Source of the DNA: Opitutales bacterium | GTDB lineage: Bacteria; Verrucomicrobiota; Verrucomicrobiia; Opitutales; UBA2987 | Reading direction: 5' to 3' | DNA: 64,000 nucleotides | Assembly (NCBI GenBank): GCA_965226885.1 | Contig: CBDDEL010000017.1 | Coordinates: 576,001 to 640,000 of the forward strand | Part shown: piece after piece, positions 9,985-21,000 of the stretch | Layout of the letters: every line of letters starts with the position of its first letter | Position numbering within the stretch: the first letter of the stretch is position 1 | The notes under the pieces: generated by a model | What the model was told of the DNA's origin: nothing | The model's database searches: none | Seen by the model: only the letters and a program-made list of their open reading frames with translations | Position numbers and translations under genes: made by a program

Positions 9985-10587
9985 ATCAGGAATGAAATTC
10001 AAAAACAATGCGGCACCCATACCGGTGGCCAAAAGAATTAAACCTTTTTTGAGGTCCGTATTTGGGCCGCTCACCTTTTCCTTTTTTTGCTGAATCAAGA
10101 GGTGGGGTGGGATTTCCACGCCTTTTTCCACCATCTTCGCAATGGAGGCGTGGACCAATTTCTTTTCCCGATAAGAGAAATACACCAGGCCGCCAACTAT
10201 GAGAACAGGTGTAAAAAACACAGTGCCCACAATCACGGGTGGAAGCAATATAGACTCCCAATCCGTGCTGTTCCAACGCTCAGTCCGCAATTCTTCCTTC
10301 TGCATCAATAACTGATGCAACTGCTCGGGACTGAGTTTATTGAGTATTTCCATTTCTTCGGCATTGTATTCCTGGCCGAAAATTTCAGTCGTCTTATTTT
10401 CTGATGAATTTTCATCCGCCGTTGGGGCTTCGGTATTTTGGGCCGCCTCCCCGGATGCTTGCTGGGCAATCACCATACCCGGCGTTAATCCGAGCATTAG
10501 AAATATTGCGATTGTGAATATAAACGCCCTTGGCAGCATCGTATTTATTCTTCCGGTTTTTCTGTGATGATTTTGGTTCATTGACAA
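9985..10587 (-). pseudogene. DUF6249-like membrane protein, 3'-truncated by IS3
   Basis: Signal peptide, TM helix, MVEKGVEIPPHL, DLKKGLILLATG; the stop codon is supplied by the IS3 end. Confidence 0.7.
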
Positions 10588-10708
10588 GCCTCGATATTTA
10601 GGAATTCGATGGGTTTACTCCTAAAACGCAGTCCGAAGCTTGTTTAGATTCAAAATAATTCACCGAAACGGAATAAATAGGCTCTAACCCGGGGAAAGAA
10701 AATCCAAA

Positions 10709-11689
10709 TTAAAGCATTTCCTCGACCAGAGCATGTTCCTCGGCCAATTCCGCGACAGAAGCATCGATCTTGCTCCGGCTGAAATCGTTGATTTCGAGCC
10801 CTTGGACAATTTCCCAGTTTTGACCGTCCGTTCGCACCGGAAATGATGTAATGAGCCCCTCGTGGGTTCCATAGCTGCCGTCCGAACAGACGCACACACT
10901 GTTCCAATCGCCATGCGGGGTCGGGTTTGTCAAGGAACGCACGGTATCGACAATGGCATTGGCCGCGGAGGCAGCGGAAGACAGCCCGCGCGCCTTGATG
11001 ATGGCGGCGCCGCGCTTTTGCACCGTCGGTATAAACACCTCCTTGAGCCATTGCTTGTCGGCAATGACTTCATGGGCGGGATTGCCGTCTATCCTGGCAT
11101 TAAAAAAATCCGGATACTGGGTGGCGGAATGATTACCCCAAATGGTCATATTGCTGACCGCCGTGATCTCTTGGCCCGCTTTCCCGGCGAGTTGATACTT
11201 GGCCCGATTTTCGTCCAGTCTGGTCATGGCAAACCAGCGATCGCGCGGAACCTCGCGGGCATTGTTCATGGCGATCAGGCAATTGGTGTTGCAGGGATTT
11301 CCGACAACCAGGGTTCGCACATTGGAGGCCGCGTATTTGGCGATGGCCTTCCCTTGTCCGACAAAAATTTTGCCGTTGATTCCCAGCAAGTCGCCGCGTT
11401 CCATGCCGGCCTTGCGGGACACGCTTCCCACCAGCAGGCACCAGTTGGCGCCACGGAAACCTTCATCCAAATCCGCCGTTGGAACTACTTCCCGCAGCAG
11501 GGGGAAAGCGCCGTCGTTCAATTCCATGACCACGCCGCCAAGGGCATCCAGAGCTGGCGGAATCTCGATCAGGTTGAGGCTGACCGGCTGGTCCGAACCG
11601 AATAGAGCGCCCGAGGCAATTCTGAAAACAAGGGCGTAACCAATTTGCCCGGCGGCGCCGGTGACAGCAACTCGAATAGGATTTTTCAT
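10709..11689 (-). CDS. mdh: Malate dehydrogenase
   Basis: [41 protein letters not shown]. Confidence 0.97.
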   Translation of the reverse strand: MKNPIRVAVTGAAGQIGYALVFRIASGALFGSDQPVSLNLIEIPPALDALGGVVMELNDGAFPLLREVVPTADLDEGFRGANWCLLVGSVSRKAGMERGDLLGINGKIFVGQGKAIAKYAASNVRTLVVGNPCNTNCLIAMNNAREVPRDRWFAMTRLDENRAKYQLAGKAGQEITAVSNMTIWGNHSATQYPDFFNARIDGNPAHEVIADKQWLKEVFIPTVQKRGAAIIKARGLSSAASAANAIVDTVRSLTNPTPHGDWNSVCVCSDGSYGTHEGLITSFPVRTDGQNWEIVQGLEINDFSRSKIDASVAELAEEHALVEEML

Positions 11690-11728
11690 AATTTATTATA
11701 CAGGTGTAAACAAATTTGGTAATCAACT

Positions 11729-12760
11729 TCAAAGATTTTTGTATTCGCCCAGGATCGATTCACGAGTCTGGTCCCACCCCATGCAGGCATCCGTAATCGA
11801 TTGGCCATAGCGCAAATTTTCCATTGGTTGGGGAAAAGTTTGATTTCCCGCCACCAGGTTGCTTTCCAGCATTAATCCAAAAACAGGGCCGGATTGCTGT
11901 TCGAGAACCTGGTGAAAAACCTCCGGTTGCCTGGCTGCATCCTTGCCGCTGTTGCCGTGGCTGCAATCAATCATAATTGTTGGCGGCAGACCGGCTTTGA
12001 GCAAATGATCTCTCGTTTTTTCCACATCCTTAGGACTGTAATTGGGGCCTTGATCGCCCCCGCGCAGAATAATGTGGGAGTAAGGATTACCCCTCGTGGT
12101 GACCGCCGAAGCCAGCCCCTGGTGGCTGACGCCGAGAAATGTCTGGGGTTCACGGGCGGCCTTAATGGCATTTATGGCCGGAAGTATTTCACCCGAGGTG
12201 CCATTCTTTATCCCCAGCGGCATGGACAAACCCGATGCCATCTGACGATGGACCTGCGATTCCGCGGTACGCGCGCCGATGGCGCTCCAGCAAATCAAAT
12301 CGGCGATATACTGCGGTGTTATGGGGTCGAGCAGCTCAGTCGCCGTGGGCAGTCCGAGGTCGAGGACTTCGCGAAGAAAATTACGGGCCGATTTCAAACC
12401 ATTAGGAATATCGCAACTGCCGTCCAGGTGCGGGTCCATTATCAACCCCTTCCAACCCACCGTAGTGCGCGGTTTTTCAAAATAGACCCGCATGACAATC
12501 ATCATTTTACCGGCAACTTCCCGGGCCAATACGGCTAGTTTTCGAGCGTATTCCCTGCCCCCCGCAACGTCGTGGATGGAGCAGGGGCCGACGATGATTA
12601 ACAATCGGGAGTCTTTACCGGAAAGGATATTGCCAATTTCCATTCTTGCCTCGGCCACGAAATTCCCTTGCTTATGAGAGCAGGGAAGCTCTCGACAGAG
12701 ATATTCCGGCGACGGTAAAACAGCCGTTTCAACTATGTTAATGTCGGAAACCTGAGACAT
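11729..12760 (-). CDS. aroG: 3-deoxy-7-phosphoheptulonate (DAHP) synthase, class I-alpha
   Basis: GPCSIHD, RVYFEKPRTTVGWKG, IGARTAESQ, DCSHGNS, YGQSITDAC. Confidence 0.95.
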   Translation of the reverse strand: MSQVSDINIVETAVLPSPEYLCRELPCSHKQGNFVAEARMEIGNILSGKDSRLLIIVGPCSIHDVAGGREYARKLAVLAREVAGKMMIVMRVYFEKPRTTVGWKGLIMDPHLDGSCDIPNGLKSARNFLREVLDLGLPTATELLDPITPQYIADLICWSAIGARTAESQVHRQMASGLSMPLGIKNGTSGEILPAINAIKAAREPQTFLGVSHQGLASAVTTRGNPYSHIILRGGDQGPNYSPKDVEKTRDHLLKAGLPPTIMIDCSHGNSGKDAARQPEVFHQVLEQQSGPVFGLMLESNLVAGNQTFPQPMENLRYGQSITDACMGWDQTRESILGEYKNL

Positions 12761-12910
12761 GATGCGGAAAATACTAATGCGGGTTCAAAATTTCAAAGTT
12801 GGTTCTTTCCGATTTTGGAGCAAGTTTAAAAAGGACGGGGATTGCGCGCGCCGGAATTTCCCCATGACGAAATTATTCGGCGCATGTTTACACGTTACCT
12901 TGGAAAAAAA

Positions 12911-13849
12911 ATGAGCGCCTTGAAATTCTGCCAAACGAGCCCGTCGGCATGGATTCGGACAGAGGGCGAGGATGCCCCGGGTTTTTTGCAAAGCCAGTTC
13001 AGCAACGATTTGGGAAAAAATCTCGAGCAAGCCGTCGTTTATGGGCTCTGGCTCGACCGCAAGGGCAAGGTACAGGGAGACAGTTTTGTCCATCAGGCGG
13101 CAAAGGAAACTTTCTACTTGTTCAGTTATTTTTCGACCGCTGAAACGATTTTGGAAAGGCTGAACTCAAACATCGTGGCCGACGATGTGGATTTGCAGGA
13201 TGAGACCGACTCGGTTGCCAGCATCTCATGGTGGGGAGACGGAGCGGGTGAATTCCTTGAATATCTAAACCTGGATCAGCCCCCAGCGGAAAAATTTCTG
13301 TCTATTTCATCCGGATATGTGATTTCGGGTCGTCGATCGGCTCATAAAAATTTTGATTTAATCATAGCAAAAGAGAAATCCGGCGAAGTGCGGGAGAAAA
13401 TCAACGATTTTGGCCGGGAGCGATCCATCCAATGGGTAGGGGCGGAGGAGTTGCAGCTTGAGCGCATATTGTCTGAAATTCCGTCCGTGCCCGGTGATAT
13501 AGGCCCCGCGGATCTTCCTCAGGAAGGCGGCTTGGAAAAAGACGCCGTTTGTTTTCAAAAAGGTTGTTTTCTGGGACAGGAAGTCATGGCGAGGCTGCAA
13601 TATGGCGGTACGTCCCGCCGCCGGCTTTATCAAGTGCGCTCAATCGGATGGTTGGAGCTTCCCTCGCTCCCTTGCGAACTCTACATCGGCGCTGTTTCTG
13701 CCGGTCAGCTCAGGAGCGTCGCCACTTCTGAGAGTGGATTGAGCGGTCTGGCTTTATTGAAAACGGCGCAAATTGATGAAACAACTCGATTTAGCCTGTC
13801 GCCGGGAGGCACTTCTGATCTCGAAATTCAGGCAATCGGCGCGAAATAG
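12911..13849 (+). CDS. ygfZ: Folate-binding YgfZ/GcvT-family protein
   Basis: KGCFLGQEVMAR motif; GEDAPGFLQSQFSND. Confidence 0.9.
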   Translation: MSALKFCQTSPSAWIRTEGEDAPGFLQSQFSNDLGKNLEQAVVYGLWLDRKGKVQGDSFVHQAAKETFYLFSYFSTAETILERLNSNIVADDVDLQDETDSVASISWWGDGAGEFLEYLNLDQPPAEKFLSISSGYVISGRRSAHKNFDLIIAKEKSGEVREKINDFGRERSIQWVGAEELQLERILSEIPSVPGDIGPADLPQEGGLEKDAVCFQKGCFLGQEVMARLQYGGTSRRRLYQVRSIGWLELPSLPCELYIGAVSAGQLRSVATSESGLSGLALLKTAQIDETTRFSLSPGGTSDLEIQAIGAK

Positions 13850-13999
13850 GCCGTTATTTGCCTTTAATTTAACAGAATGGCCAAGAATTTGTAAAGAAAT
13901 CGAAAGAATTTCCGTTTTGTATTGACGGGAATAATCCAACCCAATTCTTTTTTCAACGTAAGCTTCTTAATTGAAAATCATACCACAAAAGGAATCTCT

Positions 14000-14275
14000 A
14001 TGAATAAGGCTGAATTAGTCGCACAAGTGCAAAAAAATCTAGGCGGTGATACTTCCAAAGCCGCAGCCGAGGCGGCTTTGTCGGCTGTCCTCGACGGCAT
14101 TAAAACTGGAGTGAAAAAAGATAAAAACGTCCAGGTTATCGGCTTTGGCACATTTTCAGTAGTCAAGCGGGCGGCACGCCAAGGCGTGAATCCCCAGACT
14201 GGTGAAAAGATCAAAATCAAGGCATCCAAGGGCGTAAAGTTTAAAGCAGGAGCCGGTCTTAAGGCCATGGCGTAA
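14000..14275 (+). CDS. hup: HU family DNA-binding protein
   Basis: MNKAELV...GFGTFSV...RQGVNPQTGEKIKIKA; AAAGGA RBS. Confidence 0.96.
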   Translation: MNKAELVAQVQKNLGGDTSKAAAEAALSAVLDGIKTGVKKDKNVQVIGFGTFSVVKRAARQGVNPQTGEKIKIKASKGVKFKAGAGLKAMA

Positions 14276-14290
14276 TCATTTTTTGATTCG

Positions 14291-14326
14291 AAAAAAACCC
14301 CGCAGATAATTCTGCGGGTTTTTTTT
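14291..14326. terminator. Bidirectional Rho-independent terminator
   Basis: A-tract, CCCGCAGA-TAAT-TCTGCGGG, T-tract between convergent genes. Confidence 0.9.
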
Positions 14327-14384
14327 GCCTAATATCCAAAACCCAAGATGCCTGCCTCCTGAAAAATACAAGTCAGGTTTATTT

Positions 14385-16241
14385 TCACAGGTAGGATTTT
14401 AACGCCTGCCTCAATCGATGCGAGCTTTCGTGTAGCCCACCGTGCCGATTGCGGGCCAACCAGCATTCCTCGTATTGATGAATGAGCAGGATCATTTCGC
14501 GTCTTCGCTGGGTGATATCGACCGTGCTCCGGCTTAGGCGGGCAATACCGCGCCGTGCCGCATGGAGCATTGTGGTAACTGTTAGACGAAGCTCGGCGAG
14601 GACTTGTTCCCGGTCTCCACAGGTGGGACGGGCGGAGGGAATTTCCGCCTCCAATTGCAATAGATAGCTGCATGCCGCCGTCAGTTCTTCCAACTCGATG
14701 CCGTCCAGGATTTCGTCCAGATCCGAGCCATCGCTGAATAGCAACTTTTTGAACGAATTTGAATTTGGGGGAGATTTTTTCAGCTTGCCTGAGGTTCGGC
14801 CGACTCCGACCCAAAGTTTCCCGGTGATGCCGCTGGCGTCCTGAAATACGAATTTGCTTAAAATTTCGGCCAGATTGTCCGCAGTGGATTTTTCGTGATT
14901 CCAGGCCTGGCTCGCTCCAAAAACAATGGGGGCATAGTTGACCGGCAGGCATTGGTGATGTCCGTCGTCCCCCCAATCCGTGATCAAGTAACCGCGAGCC
15001 CCAAATTTTGCCGCCGAATCGGCTGCCGATGAGAGGTTCCCCACGGCATTGTCCAGCCGCCCGCAGATCGAACTCCAGCTCGAAGTCCCCGGAGCCACAT
15101 AGAAATCTCTGCCCGCTTGGGCAAACACTTCGCATTGCTCATCGAATGGATGATCGGCCTCATAACCCCAGATGATGCCGGTAATATCCTCTTCCAGCCG
15201 TTTGATGTTTTCAGGATTGTGCAGCACCAAATCGGCCCAAAATTGAATTTGCTTTCCGTTTTTGCGGGCCAGATTGGCGATTTTTAGTAGAAAACCGTAA
15301 TAAACCTCGCCGACGCCTACTTTTTCAACGAGAGATCGGCTTTTGCCCTGGCCGATTTCCCAGGTTTCATCGCAGCCGATATTGAACCTGGGGCTGCTGA
15401 AATTAGGTAGAAATTCTTCATAGAGTTTTTCCAAAAACCTCAACGATTCCGGGCTCGGGTGCAGGGTCCGGCCCCAGGGAAAACTTCTCCCGTTGGGCAG
15501 GGTGAACCCGTCGGGACATTCGGCCAGGTGTTTATACTCCGGATGCCGCAGCCAGCGTTCAAAATGCCCAAATGAGTTCAAATTGGGCACCAGCTCGATA
15601 AAACGCTGCTGGCAATATTCGTCCAGTTCACGCACATCATCTGCCGTCAAGGGAGAGGCGTCCCCCCAGACAACCTCGTGGTTGGTAAAGGCAAACGTAT
15701 GCTCGGTATAGAGTTGAAGCTGGTTGATCTTGAAAGAGGCCAGTAGGCAAATCAGTTCCCTCAAAGTTTCCATTCGAGGCACCTTGCATCGGCTTATATC
15801 TAGCATGAAGCCCCTGTCGGCAATTTGCGGCCAATCCACAACTTCCAGCATGGGCAGGGTGGCAGGATATTGGATGAAGATTTGCCGCAAGGTTTGCAAT
15901 CCGTAATAAGCGCCAGCCTCATCCCCCGCGGCGATCTCTATTCCACTGGGGTGAATTTTCAAACGGTATCCCTGGGGTGAATACCCGGTTGCTTGCTTGA
16001 CTAAATTGATTAGCGCAAAACTATCGTTTTCAGAAGTAAATTCATTTTCGGTCCGTAGATTAAATTCATTTTTAAATTCCTCCAGACCTGGCTTCAATGT
16101 GGAGGAAAATTCTTTGTCCACACCGATGGAAATTCGCTCCGGCAGGGTCAATTGGCCGGGAATTTTTTTTAATTCCCGTGGTGGAGGGGATAGCAACGGC
16201 TTGGAGTCCAGTTGCGATTGGTTTGTAGTCTTATTTGGCAA
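14385..16241 (-). CDS. GH20 beta-N-acetylhexosaminidase-like glycoside hydrolase
   Basis: RGFMLDISR, LVPNLNSFGH, IGCDET catalytic DE pair. Confidence 0.9.
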   Translation of the reverse strand: MPNKTTNQSQLDSKPLLSPPPRELKKIPGQLTLPERISIGVDKEFSSTLKPGLEEFKNEFNLRTENEFTSENDSFALINLVKQATGYSPQGYRLKIHPSGIEIAAGDEAGAYYGLQTLRQIFIQYPATLPMLEVVDWPQIADRGFMLDISRCKVPRMETLRELICLLASFKINQLQLYTEHTFAFTNHEVVWGDASPLTADDVRELDEYCQQRFIELVPNLNSFGHFERWLRHPEYKHLAECPDGFTLPNGRSFPWGRTLHPSPESLRFLEKLYEEFLPNFSSPRFNIGCDETWEIGQGKSRSLVEKVGVGEVYYGFLLKIANLARKNGKQIQFWADLVLHNPENIKRLEEDITGIIWGYEADHPFDEQCEVFAQAGRDFYVAPGTSSWSSICGRLDNAVGNLSSAADSAAKFGARGYLITDWGDDGHHQCLPVNYAPIVFGASQAWNHEKSTADNLAEILSKFVFQDASGITGKLWVGVGRTSGKLKKSPPNSNSFKKLLFSDGSDLDEILDGIELEELTAACSYLLQLEAEIPSARPTCGDREQVLAELRLTVTTMLHAARRGIARLSRSTVDITQRRREMILLIHQYEECWLARNRHGGLHESSHRLRQALKSYL

Positions 16242-16324
16242 ATCTGAAAATTACTTTAAGTTTAATGAAACTGGCTTGAAGGTTCTTTTTTGTTGCCAGG
16301 TGGCATTTTAAAAACAGATCCAGA

Positions 16325-18019
16325 TTACGCATTGGACATAGAAACTTCGTAATAAGGATTTTGCAAGTCCACCTCGGCTTGAATCCAGAGAGCGGCAGCC
16401 ATGGGACAATAGGCGTTATTGAATCCCTTACCATCAACTTTACCTGCTTTTATCGAGTCGAACTAAGATTTGCCGGGAGACGCGAATGCTTCACCGGCCT
16501 GTTCGAGGGTTTCCGCCTAAGTCAAAGCTGCGGCATTTTTAACGACAACGGGCAGACCTTCCTGCGCCATATTGGCCAATTTCATTGCGGTCATCGATGA
16601 CGTGTACTGGATTTGTTGGACACGGGATTCTCTTATATTCATTGTTTATTGATTAGTGTGTCAGGCGGCTTGTTTTGGTAAAGGGTTTTGTTTTCTCGTT
16701 GCCCCCCATGGGGGGCAAATATTTTCCTCGAATTGGACTGGGCTTTGGTAACTCAGAGAGGAATGTTTGCGATATCGGTTGTAGAAGATTTCCACGTATT
16801 CGAAGACAGTTGATCGCAGTTCGCGCTCGTCGGCAAAGTGGCGGCCTCGAATCGTGCTGGTCTTGAAGCGGCCGTAGAACGATTCCATGGCCGCGTTGTC
16901 GTAGCAGTTGCCTTGGGCGCTCATGCTCGGCTTCATGCCTAGTTCAGAGACCAGCCTCTGATAGTCGTCGCTGGCGTAGGGGCTGCCCCGATCGCTGTGA
17001 TGAATAATCCCGGTGCGCAGTGTGCCGCGGGTCATGGCCGCGGCTTTGAGGGCCTTGCCAACCAGCTTCGCGTCGTTGTGGTTGGAAACGCTCCAGCCCA
17101 GCAGGCGTCGGCTGAACAGGTCCATCACCGTGGCCAAGTACATCCAACCGGCCAGGGTCCGTAGGTAGGTCGTGTCCGCCACCCAGACCTCGTCGATATG
17201 GGTCGGCTGGCCATGCTTTTTAAGCACATTGGGGCTGTAACCATAGGGATGGTTACTGTTGGTTTTTAATGGCTTAAAGCGTTTACTCTGGGTGCTTTTG
17301 ATTCCCATTTCACGCATCAGACGCAGAGCCCGGTCACGGCCGCAATCGATGCCCTCATCATCCTTCAGATGGCGGTGCATTGGCCGATGCCCATAGCGGC
17401 CCTTGGCCTCTTTGTGTACCTTCAGGATCGCCCCCTTGATTCCCTCGTCCTCGATCCGCCGGGCCGAGGGCGCTCGGGGCCTCCAGCAGTAATAGCCACT
17501 GCGACAAATCCCCATCGCCGAGCATATTTCCTCGATCTTGAAGCGCCCCTCGTTGTCTTTGACAAACTGGTACTTCATTGTTCGTCCTTGGCAAAGTAGC
17601 CCACCGTTTTTTTTAGTATCTGGTTGATCCGCTCCGAGCGGCGCAGCTCTTTGCGAAGACGATCTATCTCGGCCGCCATCTCCTTCGGACTGCTCTGTCG
17701 CTTTGAGGTGGCTTCGCCCTGCTGATCGTCCAGATAGAGCCTCTTCCACCTATACAATTGGTTGGTGTTGACCCCAAGTTTGGTCGATACCTCGGTGGCG
17801 CTCAGACCATCGAGTATCATCAGTTGAACTGCCTCATTTTTGAACTCTATACTGCGTCTTCTTCCCATGCTTCGATTCTCCATTTAGGAGAATCTCGTGT
17901 CCACTTTTTCCAGTGCACATCATCGACACACCCTCAAGGGAATCCGATGACCGGAACGGTATTTATCAAACGAGGGCAAGCAATAATAGGTTAATGCGAG
18001 TTTTAGGATGTTTATTCAT
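16325..18019 (-). pseudogene. DUF3347-like periplasmic metal-binding protein, degraded and split by IS3
   Basis: Manual translation across the IS gives LEGVSMTAMKLA...AYCPMAAALWIQAEVDLQNPYY, with TAG stops at 16517-16519 and 16463-16465; signal-like start MNKHPKTRINLLLLALV 8 bp after cusA. Confidence 0.75.
16598..17922 (-). mobile_element. IS3-family element, copy 2 (1325 bp; orfA 17575..17883, orfB 16661..17578)
   Basis: TGA(C/T)GTG(T/C)ACTGGA ends; 4-bp target duplication TCGA. Confidence 0.95.
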
Positions 18020-18027
18020 AACTTTTA

Positions 18028-21000
18028 TTATTTGTTGGGGTTAAAACGAAATCGTAATTCTTCGATCAGACAGTAAATTACCGGGACCATCAGGACCGTT
18101 ATGAGGGCCACAAACATGCCCCCGAAGGAGGGGATGGCCATGGGCACCATGATGTCGGCCCCGCGGCCGGTCGAGGTGAGAACGGGGATGAGGGCCAGGA
18201 TGGTGGTGGCGGAGGTCATCAGGGCGGGGCGGATTCGCTTTGTCGCGGCCTCAACGGTGGCTTTATGAATGTCCGCAATGCCTCGGATTTTCCGCTTGGA
18301 AAATATTTGGTCGAGAAATACTACCATGACCACGCCATTGTCAGCCGCAATTCCGAATAGGGCCAGGAAGCCCACCCAAACCGCCACACTCAGATTGATG
18401 GGGTGAATCTGGAAAAGCTCCCGCATATCGGTATCGAATACGGAGAAGTTTAGGAACCAGGGCTGCCCATAGAGCCAAACCATAATAAATCCACCCGCCC
18501 ACGCCACGAATATTCCGGAAAATACCAGCAGGGTGGTAAAAAAGGATTGGAACTGCATGTAGAGAATAATGAAAATTACAAACAGGGCCACCGGGACTAC
18601 TACCATAAGCGTTTTGGTCGCCCTTTGCTGGTTTAAGTAGCTTCCGGCAAAGTCGTAGGTGACTCCAGCTGGCTTAATGAATTCACCGCTCTTAATCTTT
18701 TCTTTGAGATAGGCCTGGGCCTCTTCGACCACGTTTACTTCGGCATGACCCTCTTTCATGTCAAAAACCACATAACCGACCAGGAAGGTATCTTCGCTCT
18801 TGATGACTTGAGGGCCAGACAGATACACAATCTCCGCCAATTGGGTTAAAGGGATTTGCGCCCCATCCGGGGCTGGCACGAGGATGCGGTCAAGGGATTC
18901 GATCTGGTCGCGAAGCTCACGCAGATAACGCACCCGCACCGGATAGCGCTCGCGGCCTTCGACTGTAGTGGTAAGCGGTTTCCCGCCAATGGCCACCTCG
19001 ATCACATCCTGCACCCGGCGAATGGGCACCCCGTAGCGGGCGATGGCCTCGCGGTCGATCTTGATTTCCAGGTAGGGTTTGGCCACGATCCGATCGGCCA
19101 CTACAGCCTCTGCCTTGACCGACGGCACTTCCTTTAGAAATCTCTCAATTTGCAGCCCTACTTTTTCGATCGTTTCCTGGTCCGGTCCTTTAACCTTGAC
19201 CCCCATGGGCGCCCTCATGCCGCTTTGCAGCATAACGATGCGGGCCGCGATGGGCTGAAGCTTGGGAGCCGAGGTGGTTCCGGGAATTTTCGTAACGATT
19301 ACAATCCGGTCCCAGATATCGCCCGGGTTTTTGATGCCCGCCCAAGCCTTTCGATCAGGATTGATTTGCGCATCCAGGGGCGGCCGCCAATAACGAAAGG
19401 GCACACCGCCGCTGTCCGGGATCAGCCTTCCGCTGGCATCGCGCTCGTATTTGCCTTCTACCAGGTAGGGTTTGCCATCCGGCGCCAATACCGGATTGCC
19501 CGATTCGTTGCGGAAGAGATCGATCGCCTTGTCGTCGTGCTTGAAGCGCACCCGGCCGCCGTCCCGGTCGACAAGATACTCCGGCTTGTAATTAATGATC
19601 GTCTCGAACATCGAAATGGGGGCCGGGTCGAGCGGACTTTCCACCCGCCCCAGTTTGCCCACCACGGAGTCGATTTCGGGAATGGAGCGGATGGCCATGT
19701 CCTGCTTTTGCAAAACATCCATGGCTTCGCCAATGGAGGCATGAGGCATGGTGGTGGGCATGAAGAGATAGGAACCTTCGTCCAGGGCCGGCATGAACTC
19801 CTTGCCCAGGCCAGGAAAACGATTGGACAAAGAGGTGGCAATCGACGAATTTTTTATGCGCTCCGGCATCCACCCCGTGAAGGAGTCGAATCCTGTCCAG
19901 ACCAATCCCCCGGTCAGGATCAGGGCAGCCGGAATGCAGATAACGGGGAACTTATGTTTGAGACACCACCTGAGCAAGTTAGGATAAATAATCCGAAAGA
20001 AAGTGAAAAAACCAAGCAGTCCGCCCATCAAAACAGCCACGAAAACAACGTTCCGCAACATGCCCTTTTGCGGCCCCAGTGGCATCCAGTGTTCCGTTAA
20101 GAAAACAATTACCACCGCGGATACCGCCCAAATGGCAATTTGGGAATTTGCTTTAACAAGAACCTTTGGAATGCGGTCTTTGAGAAAATGATAAATGCCA
20201 AGAGCCACAATTATGGCGCCCACCCACCACTGAAAAAGAAACGCAACCACTATGCCGGCCAAAACGATGCCGCCATTCAAATACTTTTTCGCTTTTTCCG
20301 GTCTGGCGCCTGGCACAAAAAACAGTTGGGCCAGAACCGGGATTAAGGTTAGCGCCAGAAGAACGGATGCCAGAAGAGCAAAGCTCTTGGTGAAAGCCAG
20401 AGGTTTGAATAATTTGCCCTCTGCTCCCACCATGGCAAATACTGGGAGAAAACCAACCAGGGTCGTTGCCACCGCTGTCACGACAGCGCCCCCAACTTCG
20501 GTCGAGGCTTGGTAGATAACTTCGAGCGAAGATCGATTTTTCAAGGCGCTGTTCGTCGTCTTCTCCTTGTGCCACTCATCCAGATGGCGGAGGATGTTTT
20601 CGCAGACCACAATGCCCATGTCGACCATCGTCCCGATGGCGATGGCGATGCCAGACAATGCCACCACATTGGCATCGATCCCGAACTGTTTCATGGCAAC
20701 AAAGCAGATCAAAACGGCCAACGGTAGCACCGCCGATATCAGCATCGAACTGGCAAAGTGCATTACGCTGATCAGAACGACGATTACGGTGACCATTATT
20801 TCATCGCTCAAGGCATTGCTCAGAGTCCCTAGCGTCTCGTAAATCAAGCCCGACCGGTCGTAAAAAGGCACGATGGCTATTTTGCTGTATTTCACCCAAC
20901 CCGGACGATCCTTGATGGAGGTCTTTTTTAGCCATTCAATCCAGCCCACTTGGTTGAGTTCGCTTCCGTTGTAGGCGTCGAATCCCTGGGAGGCGGCAAA

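Noticed and set aside
16463..16519. TAG readthrough or recoding in the DUF3347 remnant
   Set aside because: TAG terminates intact genes here (ygfZ, IS5 transposase), and the remnant also has a broken N-terminus and an IS insertion
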